64,000 nt of DNA, taken from the human T2T-CHM13v2.0 reference genome, Homo sapiens. Shown piece after piece: positions 13,278 through 27,599 of the stretch; the first letter of the stretch is position 1, and the number at the start of each line of letters is the position of its first letter. The stretch lies in the NCBI RefSeq assembly GCF_009914755.1, contig NC_060939.1. One strand, 5' to 3'. The position numbers and the translations under genes were made by a program. The notes under the pieces were generated by a model that saw nothing but the letters and a program-made list of their open reading frames with translations, did not search any database and had not been told where the DNA came from.

Positions 13278-14326
13278 GATCAAATAACTTTTCTATGTAA
13301 TATTTTATTTCATCTTCACAGCAGCTCTATCAGGTTTCTATTACTATTATTTCCATGTTAGTCATGTGGAAACTTAGGAAGTATAAGTAACTGGCCCAAG
13401 ATCTTACAGATGGGGAACTGTAGGGCTGGGAACTGTAAGGAACCAGCGAGACCATCCTAAGTTCTTTTATCCTTTATCCTTTACCTACATGCAGCCCAAG
13501 CTAGAAGCTCTATATATGTTCTCACTGACTTTTCAAACAATCTCCGGGCAAAGGCTGCATTTTTAGAGATTTCACATTACAGTTAATATTGGCTTTTTTT
13601 TTTTTTTTTTTTTTTTTTTTAGTAGAGAGCTTATTGTTTGTTCCTTGAGCAAAAATAAGAGGACTCATAGCAGGTTCAGTGGTTCTGGATGTCAGACCTC
13701 AACCCTAGTCTTGCAGGGACCATTCCTATCTTCCACCCCTCCATGGTACAGATGTATGATGTCAGATCCTCTGAAATTTTAGCTCAAGAGAATTGGATGG
13801 GACCTAATCAACTGAACAAACAAGGCTGCAAATTGATCCTGACATGGGAAGTCATCAAGAATCTGCAACAAAATTTCCAAGCTGTCAAAACAGTTCAATA
13901 TGCATTCACTTAGAGCATGGTGGATTAAAAATTCCAATTCTCCACCAGACACCAGTGATGAGTGGAGAAAATGAATGGGCCATTATAAACCTAATCTTCT
14001 GACGCTAATTGCCACTGGAGCAGCGCAGGACACAAACACCATTCTCTCCTGCAGCAGACTTGAGAGTGCAATTGGATTTTGATCTGGCTCTTTGTCACCA
14101 GTGGGGGCACTTCAGGACAGGACCCCTCTGTTTGGAAGATGAGTCACTATGCCTTCTTAACACAGCAAGGACCCTGTCCTGGGGCAGGATCATGTCTTTC
14201 TGGCCTCCCTTGGCACTACACAGCAATGCTGGGTCCCTTCAAGTCAGGCAGTGGCACCAGGGCTACTGGGGTCTCTCAGTCAGATCCAGCTGAAGGGCTG
14301 GGAGGAAGACACAAATTCCAGGACTC

Positions 14327-14802
14327 CGTTAGTTTCCCGGGGCTACCATAACAAAGTGCCCCAATCTGGGTGGTCTAAACCACAGATATTTATTGCCTCA
14401 CCATTCGAGAAGCTAGAAATCTGAAACCAAGGTGTTGACAGGTTGGTTCCTTCTGAGGCTGAGAGCAAGGCTCTGTTCCAGCCCTTGCTCCTAACTTCTA
14501 GTAGCTTGCTGGCAATCTTCAGCATTCCTGGGCTTATGGCTGCATCAGCGTGATCTCAGCCTCCATCTTCCCATGGCGCTCCCCCTGTGTGTGGGTGTCT
14601 CCCTATTTGTATCTACCCCTGTGTCTAAATTTCTCCTTTTTATAAAAGGACACAGCCATATTGGATTAGGGCCCACCCTAATGACCTCATCTTAACTTGA
14701 TCATTTGCAAAGACACTACTTCCAAATAAGGTGATCTTCACAGGTAGTGGAGTTTAGGTTCTCAATATCTTTTGGGAGGGGGACACAGTTCAGTCTGTAA
14801 CA
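14327..14802 (-). mobile_element. MaLR LTR (MLT1B/C-like)
   Basis: ttagtttcc..ataacaaagtgcc..ggattagggcccaccctaatgacctcatcttaact..taaca. Confidence 0.85.
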
Positions 14803-15679
14803 CCTGGGATGACTGCTGTTCCCTCGAAGAACAATTATGTCCCTAAACAAGGGTCTGCCAATGGGCAAGAGTCATTCATTGGCCTAATGTTTCCCTGCCA
14901 TAGACCTGGCTTTCTCCTGGGCCCCCAGGGACATGTTGTGGGGTAGTAGACAGTGGGCTTGGGAAGGCAGTGCCCTTTTCTCTCCTAAGACCCTCGCCCT
15001 GGATCCTGTGGGGGAAGTTCTAAGGCCATGGATGCTGTCTTGCTCTGCTAGGGCTCAGGCACCAGGGTGAGGCAGAGCATGTGCTGATCTCTGTCCATCT
15101 TCTTCATCTGTACCTGTAGCAGGTGGTGCCTCACCCAGACCTGCATTGAAGTCTAGACTTTGTCATTTACCAGCCATGCGACTTTAGACATGCTCCTTGA
15201 CCTCTTCCAGCCTTACTTTTCTCATCTATAAATGGGGGTTAGGATGCTCACTTCTTTTCACATGTTGTGGTGAGAATGCAGGAGGTGAGCCTGTGTCTGG
15301 TACAGTGTTGCTACATAATAAGTGGTGGCCTTTGTCACTGAGGCCTTGCTTAGTCAGAGCCTGACTTGGACAAACCAGTTCCCCCTCTCTGAGAAGCCAC
15401 ACAGCAGGCGGCATTCTGAGACCAGCATTGCCAGGGACCACTTCTTCTGGCCAATGACATTCACACCTGGCTTCAAACCCTCTGGAGGAGCTCTCCTTGC
15501 ACATCCCTGTGGGCATTTGCCTTTCAGAGGCAACTGTGGATGTGGCAGCCCTGAAGTTGGGACCAGATAAGCAGGAAGGGAGAGGAAATGCATATTAATG
15601 CAGAGATTTGAACCCCCATAAAGAACCCAGTTCGTAAGAATCTACCAGAAAAACAAATGGCTATCTGCCCAACCTCCCA

Positions 15680-16034
15680 GGATCCCTTGTAGGGGGAAGC
15701 CAGCTGCCCTGTTGTGAAGACACTCAAGCAATCCTATAGAGAGGTTCACATGGTAAAGAAAAGAGGCCTCTAGCAATTGCCAACAAATTTCAGTAACTTG
15801 CCAGGTATGTGAGTGAGCTACTTTGGAAGTAGATCCTTTAGCCTGAGTTAAGACTTCACTTGAACGTAGCCTCAGATGACATCTTGACTGCAACCTCATG
15901 AGAGACCTTGAGCCAGAACCACCTAGCTAATCCATTTCTAGAATCCATTCCCTCACACGGAAGCTGTGCAAGATTATTGTTTTAAGCCACTGAGTTTTAG
16001 GGTAATTTTTATGCTGCAAGAGATTACTAATATA
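15680..16034 (+). mobile_element. MaLR LTR (MLT1F-like) 3' part
   Basis: gaagccagctgcc..gactgcaacctcatgagagacc..gttttaagccactgagtttt. Confidence 0.8.
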
Positions 16035-16039
16035 CTCTC

Positions 16040-16875
16040 CACCCCCAAAGAAAAGCTGATTAAGGAAAAAGGAGAGAAGGCACAAGACCAGAATCAGGAA
16101 TTAAAAGGGAGCCATCACAGAAGATCCCACAAACATTAACAAAATTATAAAAGGCTAGTTGAAGAATTTATGGCAATAGATTTAAAAATTAGAAATGGAC
16201 AAATTTCTAGAAAAACACAATTCACTAAACCTGACCCAAAGAAAATAAAGGACTTGCAGAAAGAAAATTCCAAGCCCAGGTGTAAAGGGCTTTTATAAGG
16301 CCAGGAAAAATGTGATAAGAAACCAAGAAGGGCATCGCAAGAGATACCAAATATCAGCCAATATCTTTATGAATATAAATGCAAAAATCTTAAGTAAAAT
16401 ATGGTAGTCCAAATCCAGTGATGTATAAAAATAATATTTTTTATTTCAGCAATGCATGGTTAATTTGACATTCAAAAATCAATTATTATAATTGACCAAT
16501 TTAATAGATTAAAGAATAAAGATAATATTTCAATATATGCAGAAAAGGCATTTGATGAAATTTATTATGTTTGTGTTTAAAAATATTTAGAAAACTAAGA
16601 ATAGAAGAGAACTTTCTTAATCTGATAAAAGGAATCTACAAAAAGCCTACGGGAGGCTTAATGGATCTCTCCCCTGAGATTGGGAATGCATTAGAGTTGC
16701 CTGCTACCATTATTGTTATTTGACACTGCCCTGGAGCTTTTAAATCACTTCTAAATAGTCACTAAAGCAAGAAGATAAAGGAATTAGAATGGAAGGAAAA
16801 AACTTGTCTTTAGTCACAGATGACATGATCACATAAGAAAATCCAAAAAAACACCAGACATCTTACTAGAATTAA
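16040..16875 (+). mobile_element. Old L1M ORF2 fragments
   Basis: Degenerate ORF2 motifs (atgcagaaaaggcatttgat, cacagatgacatgat). Confidence 0.75.
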
Positions 16876-17894
16876 TCAGTGCACTTAGCGCATAAGCTCC
16901 CCGCTATCTGCACTCCGGACCTAGATTCCCAGAGCTGCTTCTCTCTGGAACCCTGACAGTCACCAGGGTAAGGAGGAAGAGTCGATGACCCGTGCCCTGG
17001 CTCTGCAAGCTTTTGCCCAGATGTTACCCTCATCCCCTGCAGCCACGTGTCATGGGCCAAAGCATGTCACAAAGCTACTCCTGCGTTAAACAGAATGGGG
17101 ATATTCCAACCTCCTGGAGGAAGAGGCACCTCCCTACAGAGAGGGAAAAAGATTATTTCACAAACAATGATCTAACCTATTCCAAGAGTAAGGAGACAAA
17201 CATCTAGTGAACTAAGAAAGAGCAGAGCATCATGGCAGGAGACGGGAAACCAGGATTGTGGGAGAAAAGTTGCCAATGAAAACTCCCCAGTGTGGAGTCA
17301 CCAGAAGAAAAGGCATCCTCATTTTTCTTTTCCTGCAAACATTCTAGTGACTTATCCTCATTTAAACTTGTTTACTTTGCTGTAACATGAACCCCTTCTG
17401 TTTCCCAAACATCTGATAAAGTCCACCACACACAAAAATGGCCTTGTGTGAATTTTTGTTGGAAATAAGGAACAGGAGATAGATTTCCTATCTGGATCTG
17501 TGCAGAGCAGGGAAGATGCCAGCCATGGGAAGTTAAGAAGCTCATGAGAACAAAAGTTCAGCTAAAGTAGATTACTAGTATACAGCCAGAAGTGATGAGA
17601 ATTTATGTCCCTGGGAATGTTCAGAAATCTGAAGAAGTTCATTGGAATTCCCACAAATACAGGATAAGAGGGTTGAGCTAATTTTCTCTAAATCTTGGCA
17701 TTCTCAACTAAGATCTAGGTTACATCTACAACAGCATACATTTTTTAAAATTGGAAACTAATTAGCAAATATTATGGTTGTTTAAAAAATTCCAGCCATA
17801 TCTGCCAGTAATGAGGTAGCTGAAGTGAGGTCGATAAGTAGAGGTAGAGTATTCTGATGATTTCTTCTTGGGTTTGGCATGAAGTTACGCAAGG

Positions 17895-19398
17895 GAATCA
17901 TTAAAGACTTCTTGGATATCACACCAAAATCAGGTAACAAAAGCAAAAATAAACAAGTGGGACTATATCAAACTAAAAAGCTTCTGCACAACAAAAGAAA
18001 CAGTCAACAAAATGAAAAGGCAACCAACAGATTGGGAGAAAATATTTGTGGATCATATACCTGATAGGGGTTAATATTTAAATATATAAGGAATGCACAC
18101 AATTCAATAATGAGAAAACAAATAACCTGATTAAAAATGGGCAAAGACCCGAATAAATATTTCTCCAAAGGGGACATAAAAATGGATAATAGGTATATGA
18201 AAAGGTGGTCAACATCATTACATTTCAGGGAAATGCAAATTAAAATCAAATGAGATATCTATCGGCCAGGCGCGGTGGCTCACACCTGTAATCCCGGCAC
18301 TTTGGGAGGCCAAGGTGGGTGGATCACAAGGTCAGGAGTCCGAGACCAGCCTTACCAACATGGTGAAACCTTGTCTCTACTAAAAATACAAAAATTAGCC
18401 GGGCGTGGTGGCACGTGTCTGTAACCCCAGCTACTCAGGAGGCTGAGGGAGGAGAATCGCTTGAACCTGGGAGTCAGAGGTTGCAGTGAGCCGATCATGC
18501 CATTGCACTCCAGCCTGGGTGACAGAGTGAGACTCCATCTCAAAAAAAAAAAAATCGAATGAGATATTATCATCTCACACTTGTTAGGATGACAATTATC
18601 AAAGACAAGAGATAACATGTGTTGGGAAAGGTGTGGAGAAAAGGAAATCATTGTACACTGCTGGTGCCAATGTAAATTGGTACAGCCATTATGGAAAGCA
18701 GTATGGAGGTTCTTCAAAAAATTAAAAATAGAACAATCATATGATTCAGCAATGTCTCTATCTTGGTATATACCCACAGGAAAGGAAATTAGAAATACCA
18801 CATGGAGATCTCTGCACTTCTATATCCATTGAAGGATTATTCACAATAGCCAAGATAGGCAAATAATCTGTGTCCATCGAGGGATAAATGAATAAAGGAA
18901 TTGTGGAATACATAATGGAATACTGTAGAGCCTTAAAAAAGGTGATTCTGCCATTTATGACAACATGGATGAAGGTAAAGGATGTTATGCTAAGTGAAAT
19001 AAGCCAGATACAGAAAGAAAAATATTGCATATCTCACTTATATGTGGAATCTAAAAAAGTCAAATACATGGAAACAAAGAACAGAAAGGTGGTTACCAGG
19101 GGTGAGGAGAAGTAAGGAATCGGGGAGATGTTGGTCAAAAGGTACAAAGCTACAGTTATGTACTATGAACAACTAGAGTACTAGTGTACAGTGTGGTGAC
19201 TAGAGCTAATAACATGGTACTGTATACTGGAAAATTGCCAAAAGAGTAGATTTCAGGTGTTCTTAACCACACACATACACAAAGTAACTAGGTAAAGTCA
19301 TGAATATGTTAATTGTATTGACTACAGTAATTATTTCATTATGTATATTAAAACATCATGTTATACAGCTTAAATATATATAACAAATAAAATAAAAA
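17895..19398 (+). mobile_element. L1MA-type ORF2 end and 3' UTR
   Basis: [26 protein letters not shown] peptide, L1MA-like 3' UTR and A-rich end. Confidence 0.9.
18264..18554 (+). mobile_element. AluS nested in L1MA
   Basis: ggccaggcgcggtggctcac...poly(A); flanks repeat aatgagatat..tatc; L1 sequence is continuous on both sides. Confidence 0.96.
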
Positions 19399-20034
19399 TT
19401 TTTTAAAAAATTGAATCATTAAAAAACCTTAACCCTTGTGTATTGCAAAGGATGCATTATAGGGGTTTTTTGGCTAATAAAGAGAAATAGAGCTAATAAA
19501 TGTTACTCAAAGCTTTTAATAATCTCAATTTTCTAAGATATAAATATAAGGGTTCTAATGCTGATAAATCCAAGCACTTCTCAAAAAAGCAGGGATCTAG
19601 ATAAAGATTTAGCCCAAAGTCAACCCTTCTGTTTGTGTCAACCCTAAAACAAGAGATTGTATTAGCTCCATTATGTCAGTCTTCACTGCAGCAGCAAGAA
19701 TTGTATGCCAGTATAAATTGAAATGAACACATTTAAAATTTGTTTTAAAATATAAGGCCAATCCAAATGAGAATGCACAGATCTACAGAAATTCCTTATA
19801 ATCTAGAGCCTATATTTACATTAGCTATGAGAAATCAGGCCAACCTATCTCAAAATCAAACTCAAGGAAATTAAATTTTCCATGAGACCGGTAAGATGGC
19901 CATCCAATGACTGTGATAGTTCAACATGTGTTGTGTGGCAGTGATGTCCTTGACATTGTATTGTGCACCCCTCTATGTGCGTGACACATCCATGGAACAA
20001 GTAAGCACCAGGGTGTCATGTAATAGCATTCTGT

Positions 20035-20480
20035 CCATGTGTTTGTTTGTGTTTCCTCAAAATCAGACCTTAAATTGAGGGTTTGAGTACAGACAGTTAA
20101 TTTAAGAAGTGATTCCAGGAAATGCCATTAAGAGAGTGAGGAACCGAAACAAGGAGAAGAAAAGGCAGCCAATAAAGAGTGTATTCTCAAGCAAAACACT
20201 ACTGTGGATAATTGGAGCGTAATGCTAATGAAGAACCACAGAAGCCAGTGTAGACTACTCCCGTTAGAGTTATGCCACCAAAGGGGCAAGAGAGCTGAGG
20301 TATTTATACCCCAACTGACTTCAGTCATTAGGTAAGGGCTCCTGGAGGCAGATACTAATTCGCCAGGACTTGTGGCTTGCCATGGGCCCTGCCACCCTCA
20401 GGCAGAGCAATGCAGATGCTGCCAGTGGGAAGCCAGCTGTGGTGAACCACAGTGGCAAAAGCTGAGGAGACATGGGTGGG
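20035..20480 (-). mobile_element. ERVL LTR16-like
   Basis: cagacc..gggtttgagtac..gaagtgattccaggaa..gcagccaataaag..ggtatttatacc signature. Confidence 0.65.
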
Positions 20481-21212
20481 GCTCTGACGGCCGCTGTTCC
20501 CATCTCATTCCCTATCTTCCCAACAGGGCACATGCTAGATCCTTTATGCTCTAGTGTATCTTGCTGACTTTAGCACAGATTTTGATGCTGGGTAAGAAAT
20601 CCTCACTATGGGGGTCTTTTGCTCCCCTTGTTTCTGCCTCCTTTCCTCTGTTCTGCATTGTCTAGCATTTGCCCACCAAGATGGTCTGAAGAAGATGCAA
20701 CAAAATGATCAGGACAAAGGCCCACAATGATCAAAGTGTTCTCCATCTTGAGCCATAAGAAATAAGAGGCTTGCATTCATTAGCCCTGTGGTAGAATGCA
20801 GCTGCGAGCCAGCCAGCTGCTCTGTTCCACCCATGTGGTCTCCACTCTTATTCTGAGACACTCGCTACCTCCAGGAGAACAGCCCCCATCTGCTCTCTAG
20901 CAAAGCCTCACCAGGGACCTGAAGATGTAAATAGAGCCTTGGCTGAACCAAGCCCTTCTCAGAGTAGCAAGCATCTAAGCAGATCTGCATGGCACCATCT
21001 TCCCAACAGGGAAATGCTGCAGCTTTGCTCACCAGGCCATTCCCTAATTACCTCAGTGCAGCACAGAAGCCAGAAAGCCCCAATGATTAGCTTTTATGAA
21101 AGACATTTTCCAAGAGGCTGCCCATGTCCCGCCCTGCTCCTCAGAGCTGGAAAGCGATATACTCAAAGCTCACACAGAGTTTGAGAAGGTAAAGGTGGCC
21201 ACGATCAATCTA

Positions 21213-21421
21213 CGACTGATCCTCAGCCGGGGGAGATTTTGCTCCCAGGGAGATAGTTGTCATGTCTGGAGAAGTTTTCGATCATCACAACTGGTATGAG
21301 GGTGTTCCACTGGCATCTAGTGGGTAGAGGCCATGGATGCTGCTAATGCACAGGACAGCTCCCTCAAGCAGAGAATTATCTGACCCCGAATGCCAATAGT
21401 GCTGAGGTTGAGCGATCCTGG
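21213..21421 (+). mobile_element. MER20 (hAT-Charlie)
   Basis: gattttgctccc..tgtctggaga..ctggcatctagtgggtagaggcca..gatgctgctaa..aatagtgctgaggttgag. Confidence 0.85.
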
Positions 21422-22111
21422 TCTAAAGAGATATTTCTGCTGGCAATAGAGTGAGCTAGACCCTCAGACAGCCTCCCCTGGAATTCTGACTTCGCTTTTT
21501 CAACCCTGACTCTGCTCTTCGCAGGCTACCAGTTTTGCTAATTAAGCTCTAGACAATACCTCTTTCCACTCTCCAACCCTGTTATAGTCTCAGAATTCTC
21601 TTCTCCACTCCCCAGTTCCTTTGATTGCTCTGTTCTCAGAATTTACCTCTCAACATCCCTTCCCCAAATCCAAGTTACATTTCAAAATTCCTCTTCCAAC
21701 TTCTGCCCACCTTCGTTCCTTTTGCACCCAGAATTTCCCCAATCTTTGAGCTTTCCACGCCTCTGCTGTGAGCTCATCAACCCCAGAACAGGTCTTTCCT
21801 TGCTGCCAAATCCCAGAGCAAAGTGGCATCTCAGAAACCTTCCCAGCCTTGAACCAACAGCTCTGGAGCTGATCATCCCCATAGAGCTGATGTTCCAGAG
21901 AGCTGCCTTGAGCTGCACTCCAAGTACGAGCAATGGAATTCCAGGCTGCAGGCTCTCTGTCCCCAGCTCTGACAGCGGCAGCCCCTGTTTCTGATGCCCA
22001 TGTCATCCTGTAGTAGTGAGACTGAGGCTTCCTGTGTCCTGGTTCGGCAGACAGACAAACTGACTGCAAGAGCAGCTGGACTCCCAGCCGGGTTGTCTTT
22101 GGACCTGGGGT

Positions 22112-22250
22112 TTGGGTGCACAACTTGTCCCAGTTGACACTGAAAGTTTTGGTACTGAATGTTCAGGGATGGTAAGCTTGGAACTGTCCAAGTTTTAAAA
22201 TGGAAAGTCCTGCTTCACAGGAATGCCCCCAGGATGGGGGCCCACCCTAC
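22112..22250. mobile_element. MER81/MER94-like hAT MITE
   Basis: caacttgtcccagt..gttttaaaa..gaaagtcc..caccctac. Confidence 0.55.
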
Positions 22251-23501
22251 CTGAAGTGATCTAAGTGGGAGCACCTCGCTGAATGGAGCAGAGCTGAGCT
22301 ACTGCTTCCACTGGCCTTATTTCAGTTCAACGTGGTTTTCCCTGATGCAGCATAATTGTTTCTTGGGTTTAGGTTTAAAGTTTGTCTCAGGAACTCAGAC
22401 TTGAGGGTTTCACGCAATGTAGTTCAGTTCCATAAATGTCCTTGAAGCATTGCAATATATGTCTTATTCCTTGTCAGGACAGAAGAGACTAGGCCATGCC
22501 CCCTGCCCTGGGAGATCTCTAGGTCTAGTTAATGTGTGAAAATGCAGACACAACACAGTGTAGCAGGTGCTATGACTATGGCCAGGGGTGGGGAAGTCAG
22601 AGAAGGCTTCCTGAAGGAGGCAGTGCCTGAAAATGGAGGCTTAAAAAACTGAGAAGGTTTGCCAGATAGAAAGGTAGATTTGGGGGAAATTTTTCCAGGT
22701 CAATGAAAGAGCAAGAATATAGATACCCTGAAAAGCCTTGGTAATACTTAAAAACTTAGATGGAATAGAGAGAAATGTAATTCCCTTTGATTGTTAAATG
22801 AAAGTACCTCTTTATGCTTATAATGTAGGCTTATAGTTTTTCAAAATGCATCTATATCTATCTCCCACTTTTTAATTTTCAGAACTTCCATGGAAGGGAG
22901 AGACCAGGATTCCAATTTACATTTTGGGGAAGCTGGCCCCAAAGAGTTAAGCAATTTATGCAAATCACATGTCCACTTAAGGTCTCTAGGCTTTGAATTT
23001 GAGGCAAGCTGTTGAATACAGCGAGGATTGGGATCATCTAGGCTCTGGAACTGGATAGACTGTAGTAGGATCCTAGATTTTTTTACATACCAATTCCATG
23101 ACTTTAAGCAAATTCCTGAGTCACAGTTTTCTCTTGTGTGAAATGGGGAAAATAATGCCTCCATGCAAGGGCTGTTGTGAGAATGAAATGAGACAGCTAA
23201 TTTAAAGGATGTGGAAAGAGCTAGCACTCGGTGGGCCATCCAGAAACGGTCTTCACAAATTGGGGCTCCTCATTTAGAAAATCAAAGAGTAAGTTTTATC
23301 AAAGAGTAACTTTGCTGTTACACTGAAGGAGTTCCTACCATGTACATCTCCCAATTGTGGGATTGCTTTCTTGTACTTCTAACAACTTGATTCTCAGTAT
23401 GTTCAAATTAATTAAATAACCTTTCTTCAAGGATGAGAAAGCTGATGTGCTTTTGAGGGGATGCTAATTACAAGATATCTCCTTTAATAATATGAGATTA
23501 A

Positions 23502-23818
<317 letters not shown>

Positions 23819-24319
23819 GGAAGTAAGATTTTTAAATGCACAAGACGACCATGGGACGACAAGCTGATCTAGGTTGGAGCCGTACACTTGTTTACTTGCA
23901 TTCTTTTCCTGGCATTGTTTTTATGTATATTTAAACCAAGGACCAGCTAAGCCACTTGAAAGGATGACAAATTCCAGCTTTCTATGTTTTATTACAAGTA
24001 GCTGAGGAGAGTGGATCTACGCAGCTTGGTTGTACCTGCTTTCCTCCAACTCACTCATAGGGTTCACCTTCCTCCACATCTTCCTGGCGTAGGCCTTGCC
24101 CACCAGTGTGGCTTCAATTTCAGTTTTATTTATTTTATAGCATTCTCTTCTTCTTCATTATCTACATAGAGGGAACAGCTACAGTTTGTTTGGATATGGT
24201 GGACCATAGGCAGCAGACACCTCTTCCTCACTGAATGTGACAGGGGAACATTCTGCTCATGGGCCCCATGTCTGCCCCCAGTGGCTCCCTCTGCTCAGTC
24301 ATGGAAACAGCAGTATAGA

Positions 24320-24548
24320 TGGAAAAAAACACAGGCTGCTCAGATGGTCCTGGGTTCAAATCTCAACTCTGCCTCTTATACTGTAACAATGACTGTGTTT
24401 CTAACTTTTGTTGAGTCTCCTTTGTCTCATCTCTAAGATGCAGGTGAGAATACTTGCTTGTAGGATTGCTATGAGGATTGAACCCAGCAGAGTATGTAAA
24501 GCACCTAGAATACAGCCTATATACAGTAAGTGTTCAATAAATGATATT
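24320..24548 (+). mobile_element. MIR (representative; similar MIRs at ~13295-13430, 15140-15325, 23060-23240, 32550-32700, 34070-34240, 40355-40600, 43435-43660, 51165-51420, 57835-58030, 60950-61170)
   Basis: MIR core cctgggttcaaatc..ctcatct..taggattgctatgaggatt..tgtaaagcacctag..aagtgttcaataaatg. Confidence 0.8.
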
Positions 24549-25912
24549 TCCCCTACTACATCATCACTGTCTTAAAATTCAGCCAAATTGGTTTGAATCT
24601 TGCAGAGTCTATTATAAGAGCCTAGAAGCAGGGCCTAAAACCCAAAGTAATTCTATCCAGTATTGTTTGTTAAGGCATTTTTCTAGATAAGACCTCCAAG
24701 GATTCACCATATTAGTAAATTTACTCATCAGAGTCTACCATGAGCCTGCTGTGTGCCAGGAACCAAAGTCGTGTCTACAGCAGGACATACACAGTCTCTG
24801 CTTTCCTGGAGCTTATAAAGAATGAATAAGTGTCCACTTTTTTTTTCAAGTAGCATAGATAGGTCCTGGGTGGCTGGGGGCAGGTGGGGGCAGAGAGTGT
24901 TACCACTGAGGAAGACAGACATTGTCTCCCCGAGGTGATGCCACCCAAAGCTCAGAAGAGCAGGCCCAAGGGGTCATTAGCAAGAGGAAGCTCCACCAGG
25001 GAGATGTTCATGATTCCAGTCAGGACAATAGTAATCCCAGGGTGGGGGCAACAAGCCATGACAAGGAGATTCTTGTAAGTGGCTTCTTTTTGGGAGGACC
25101 AGAAGGAAGAAGAACCACTTTCTGGTCCTCCCAGAAAAGCACCACTTACAAGTATTTCCTAAGGATAAAAAAGCAATAAAGGGGCAGTCCCCGTCTGGGG
25201 AAGTGTAAACCCTTTGATCCAGCTCCATCATTGCTATAAGAATGCTCACAGGAAAGACCATAACACATCTTAAATAAAAAGGTTTGTGGTGCAGGGAAAG
25301 AGCTTTTCTGTTAGGCCTTTCTCCAGGAGCCCAAAAGCTCCTAAGATTTAAAAAAAAAAGGCTGGTAAATAGCTCAGTTCAGGCAATCCTTGGCTCAGCA
25401 ATCTGATCTGGGAGGGGCTTTGGCACCCCATGGTTTTGTGCAATTTTTAGAGAAAGAGAAGCAAAGTCACTCTGGTCTATGATTGAGAAGAGAAAAATCA
25501 TTGGGGTCCAAGTCAAGTTAGGTTAGAAATGCAGCAGGAGACTGAAGGGTCCCATATGTTGTGGCGGGTACAACAGGATGAGAGTGGAACCCGAGAAGGC
25601 GCAACCAGGGACAATGCAACACAGTGGTTCACAGGAGTTCAATCAGACAGATGATGTCCTGAACCAAGGCCAGGACGGAATAATTGGCCACCTCTCCTGG
25701 TACCCACAGCACTGACAGCAATTCGTAACCAATGCACATGATTGCCACTACTATATCTTGCTTACATATGCCAAAGGAAGTTATTTAATAAGTTGTGTAC
25801 ACATTTAAAAATTTTTTTTTTTTTGTAATCCACTTGTTTTTTCAAGTCCTAAAGGTCTTTTGAATTAGAAATTTTAGGCCCAACCAGCTATACCCAACTA
25901 GTCATTCTAGGG

Positions 25913-26145
25913 CAGTGGTTCTCAACTGGTAGTTATTTTGCCTCCTCTGACTCCCCAGTCCGGAGGACATTTGAAAATGTCTGGAAACATTTTAAATTGT
26001 TGTGATGGGGGTGGGTAGCATTACCGGCATCTGGTGGGTAGAGGCCAGGGATGATGCTGATCATTCTACAACGCACAGGAGAGCCTCTTACAATAAGGGA
26101 TTATTCAGCCCCAAATGTCAATATTGCCAAAGAGGAGAAGCCCTG
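25913..26145 (+). mobile_element. MER20 (hAT-Charlie)
   Basis: cagtggttctcaac...gagaagccctg; 8-bp TSD ttctaggg (25905-25912) / ctctaggg (26146-26153). Confidence 0.9.
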
Positions 26146-27599
26146 CTCTAGGGCACGCCTATCCTTAACATTTGCAAGGTCCAGAACAAGCACACTAATG
26201 GAGGTCCTGGGCTCATGCTCACCCTCCTCGACCTCTACCCTGGGCTTCTTTCCACACTGAGATAAGCCTTGCACACACATGTGTGCACACCCCTGTCTGC
26301 ACATGTAACCTGTTCATGCCCCCCAAAAACTTAGGGGTACACAGATCAGGAGGACAGAACCAGGGAAGAACCACACAGTCCCTAGATGCAGACTCTGAGG
26401 CCCTGAATATTTAGCCCACGATCTAGGAGGGGGACTCAGTTTCCTTGCCCTTTGGAAAGAGGTATAGCCAGATGAGAGCCAGAGTGGGGTCCTTTAAAGC
26501 CTGGGGCCCAAACCAAGGGGCTTTTGGTCAGAATCCTAAATCCTGAAGAAACATCTAAGCAGGTATGAACCATGAGTCTATGTCATGTCACATTGCTAGA
26601 GTAGGGTGGTGTGGGATGGGTAAGAATAAGGCAACTGGAGTTAGGACTGAACATGACCATCAGAAGACCTGGAGTGTGTATTTGACCCCCGCCCCCTCTG
26701 TCAGCTGTGTGGACCCCAGAATGTAGGAGAAACCCAAGCTTCAGAGAAAGGGCACATAAGACAGCAGGGGCCTGGTGGACAGGAAATCCCAGGATGAGAA
26801 GAGCAGATGGGACGAAGAATTGTTAGTCACAGTTAACGTGAAAACAGCCTAGGAAAATTCCAACAGTTTGCCAATCCTCCTTGCTTTTATTCCTATTACT
26901 TTGAAATAGAAACATTTCGAATCCTTTCTCTAATTTGACTGCACTGTTATGCTTTGGGAAGTGAGCCTGTTAAAATAATGTGCCCAGATGCAGAAACTGG
27001 AGAATTCATGACTCACCCCTCCCTGTCATGTGACATTCCATGTAGGCATGTCCTGGCATTCTACCACCTGGATGTTTTTCAAATCATTCCCTCTTCTCCA
27101 CCCACCCATCACCATCTTAGTCCAGGTGCTCATCTCTCACATGAACCATGGCAATGGTGTCCTAATTGGTCCCCTGATACCTATCTCCTCTATTCCATCT
27201 TCCACACGAGCTGCTGAAAAACCCTTCTCATAACACACCTCCAGACATGTCACTCCAGATTTCCAAACCCTTTAGTGGCTCCATCGTGCCCACAGATCAC
27301 TGCCCGAACTCCTGACCCTTACTATGTCCTTATTGTATGGTTTCTGCTCCAATCCCAAGGCTCAAGTTTTCATGCCAGACCAGCGAAAGGGAGAGTTTTC
27401 CAGGTTTATCTCCAAGAACGCAAAGTCCTGAAATGTCTGCAATTTCTCCAACCATGACTCTGAAACCTTTGAGGCCCTGGGCATTCTGTACATTTCTAGC
27501 ACAATGACAATTCTAGGGGAATGGCTAATATAGGCATTATTAGCATATCCCAGGGGGCTTGTGAAACATCATCAAGGACAAAGACTAGGAGACACAGAG

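Noticed and set aside
13594-13620. T27 run as a solo poly(A) retro-insertion
   Set aside because: No TSD is discernible, so it is treated as a simple mononucleotide repeat.
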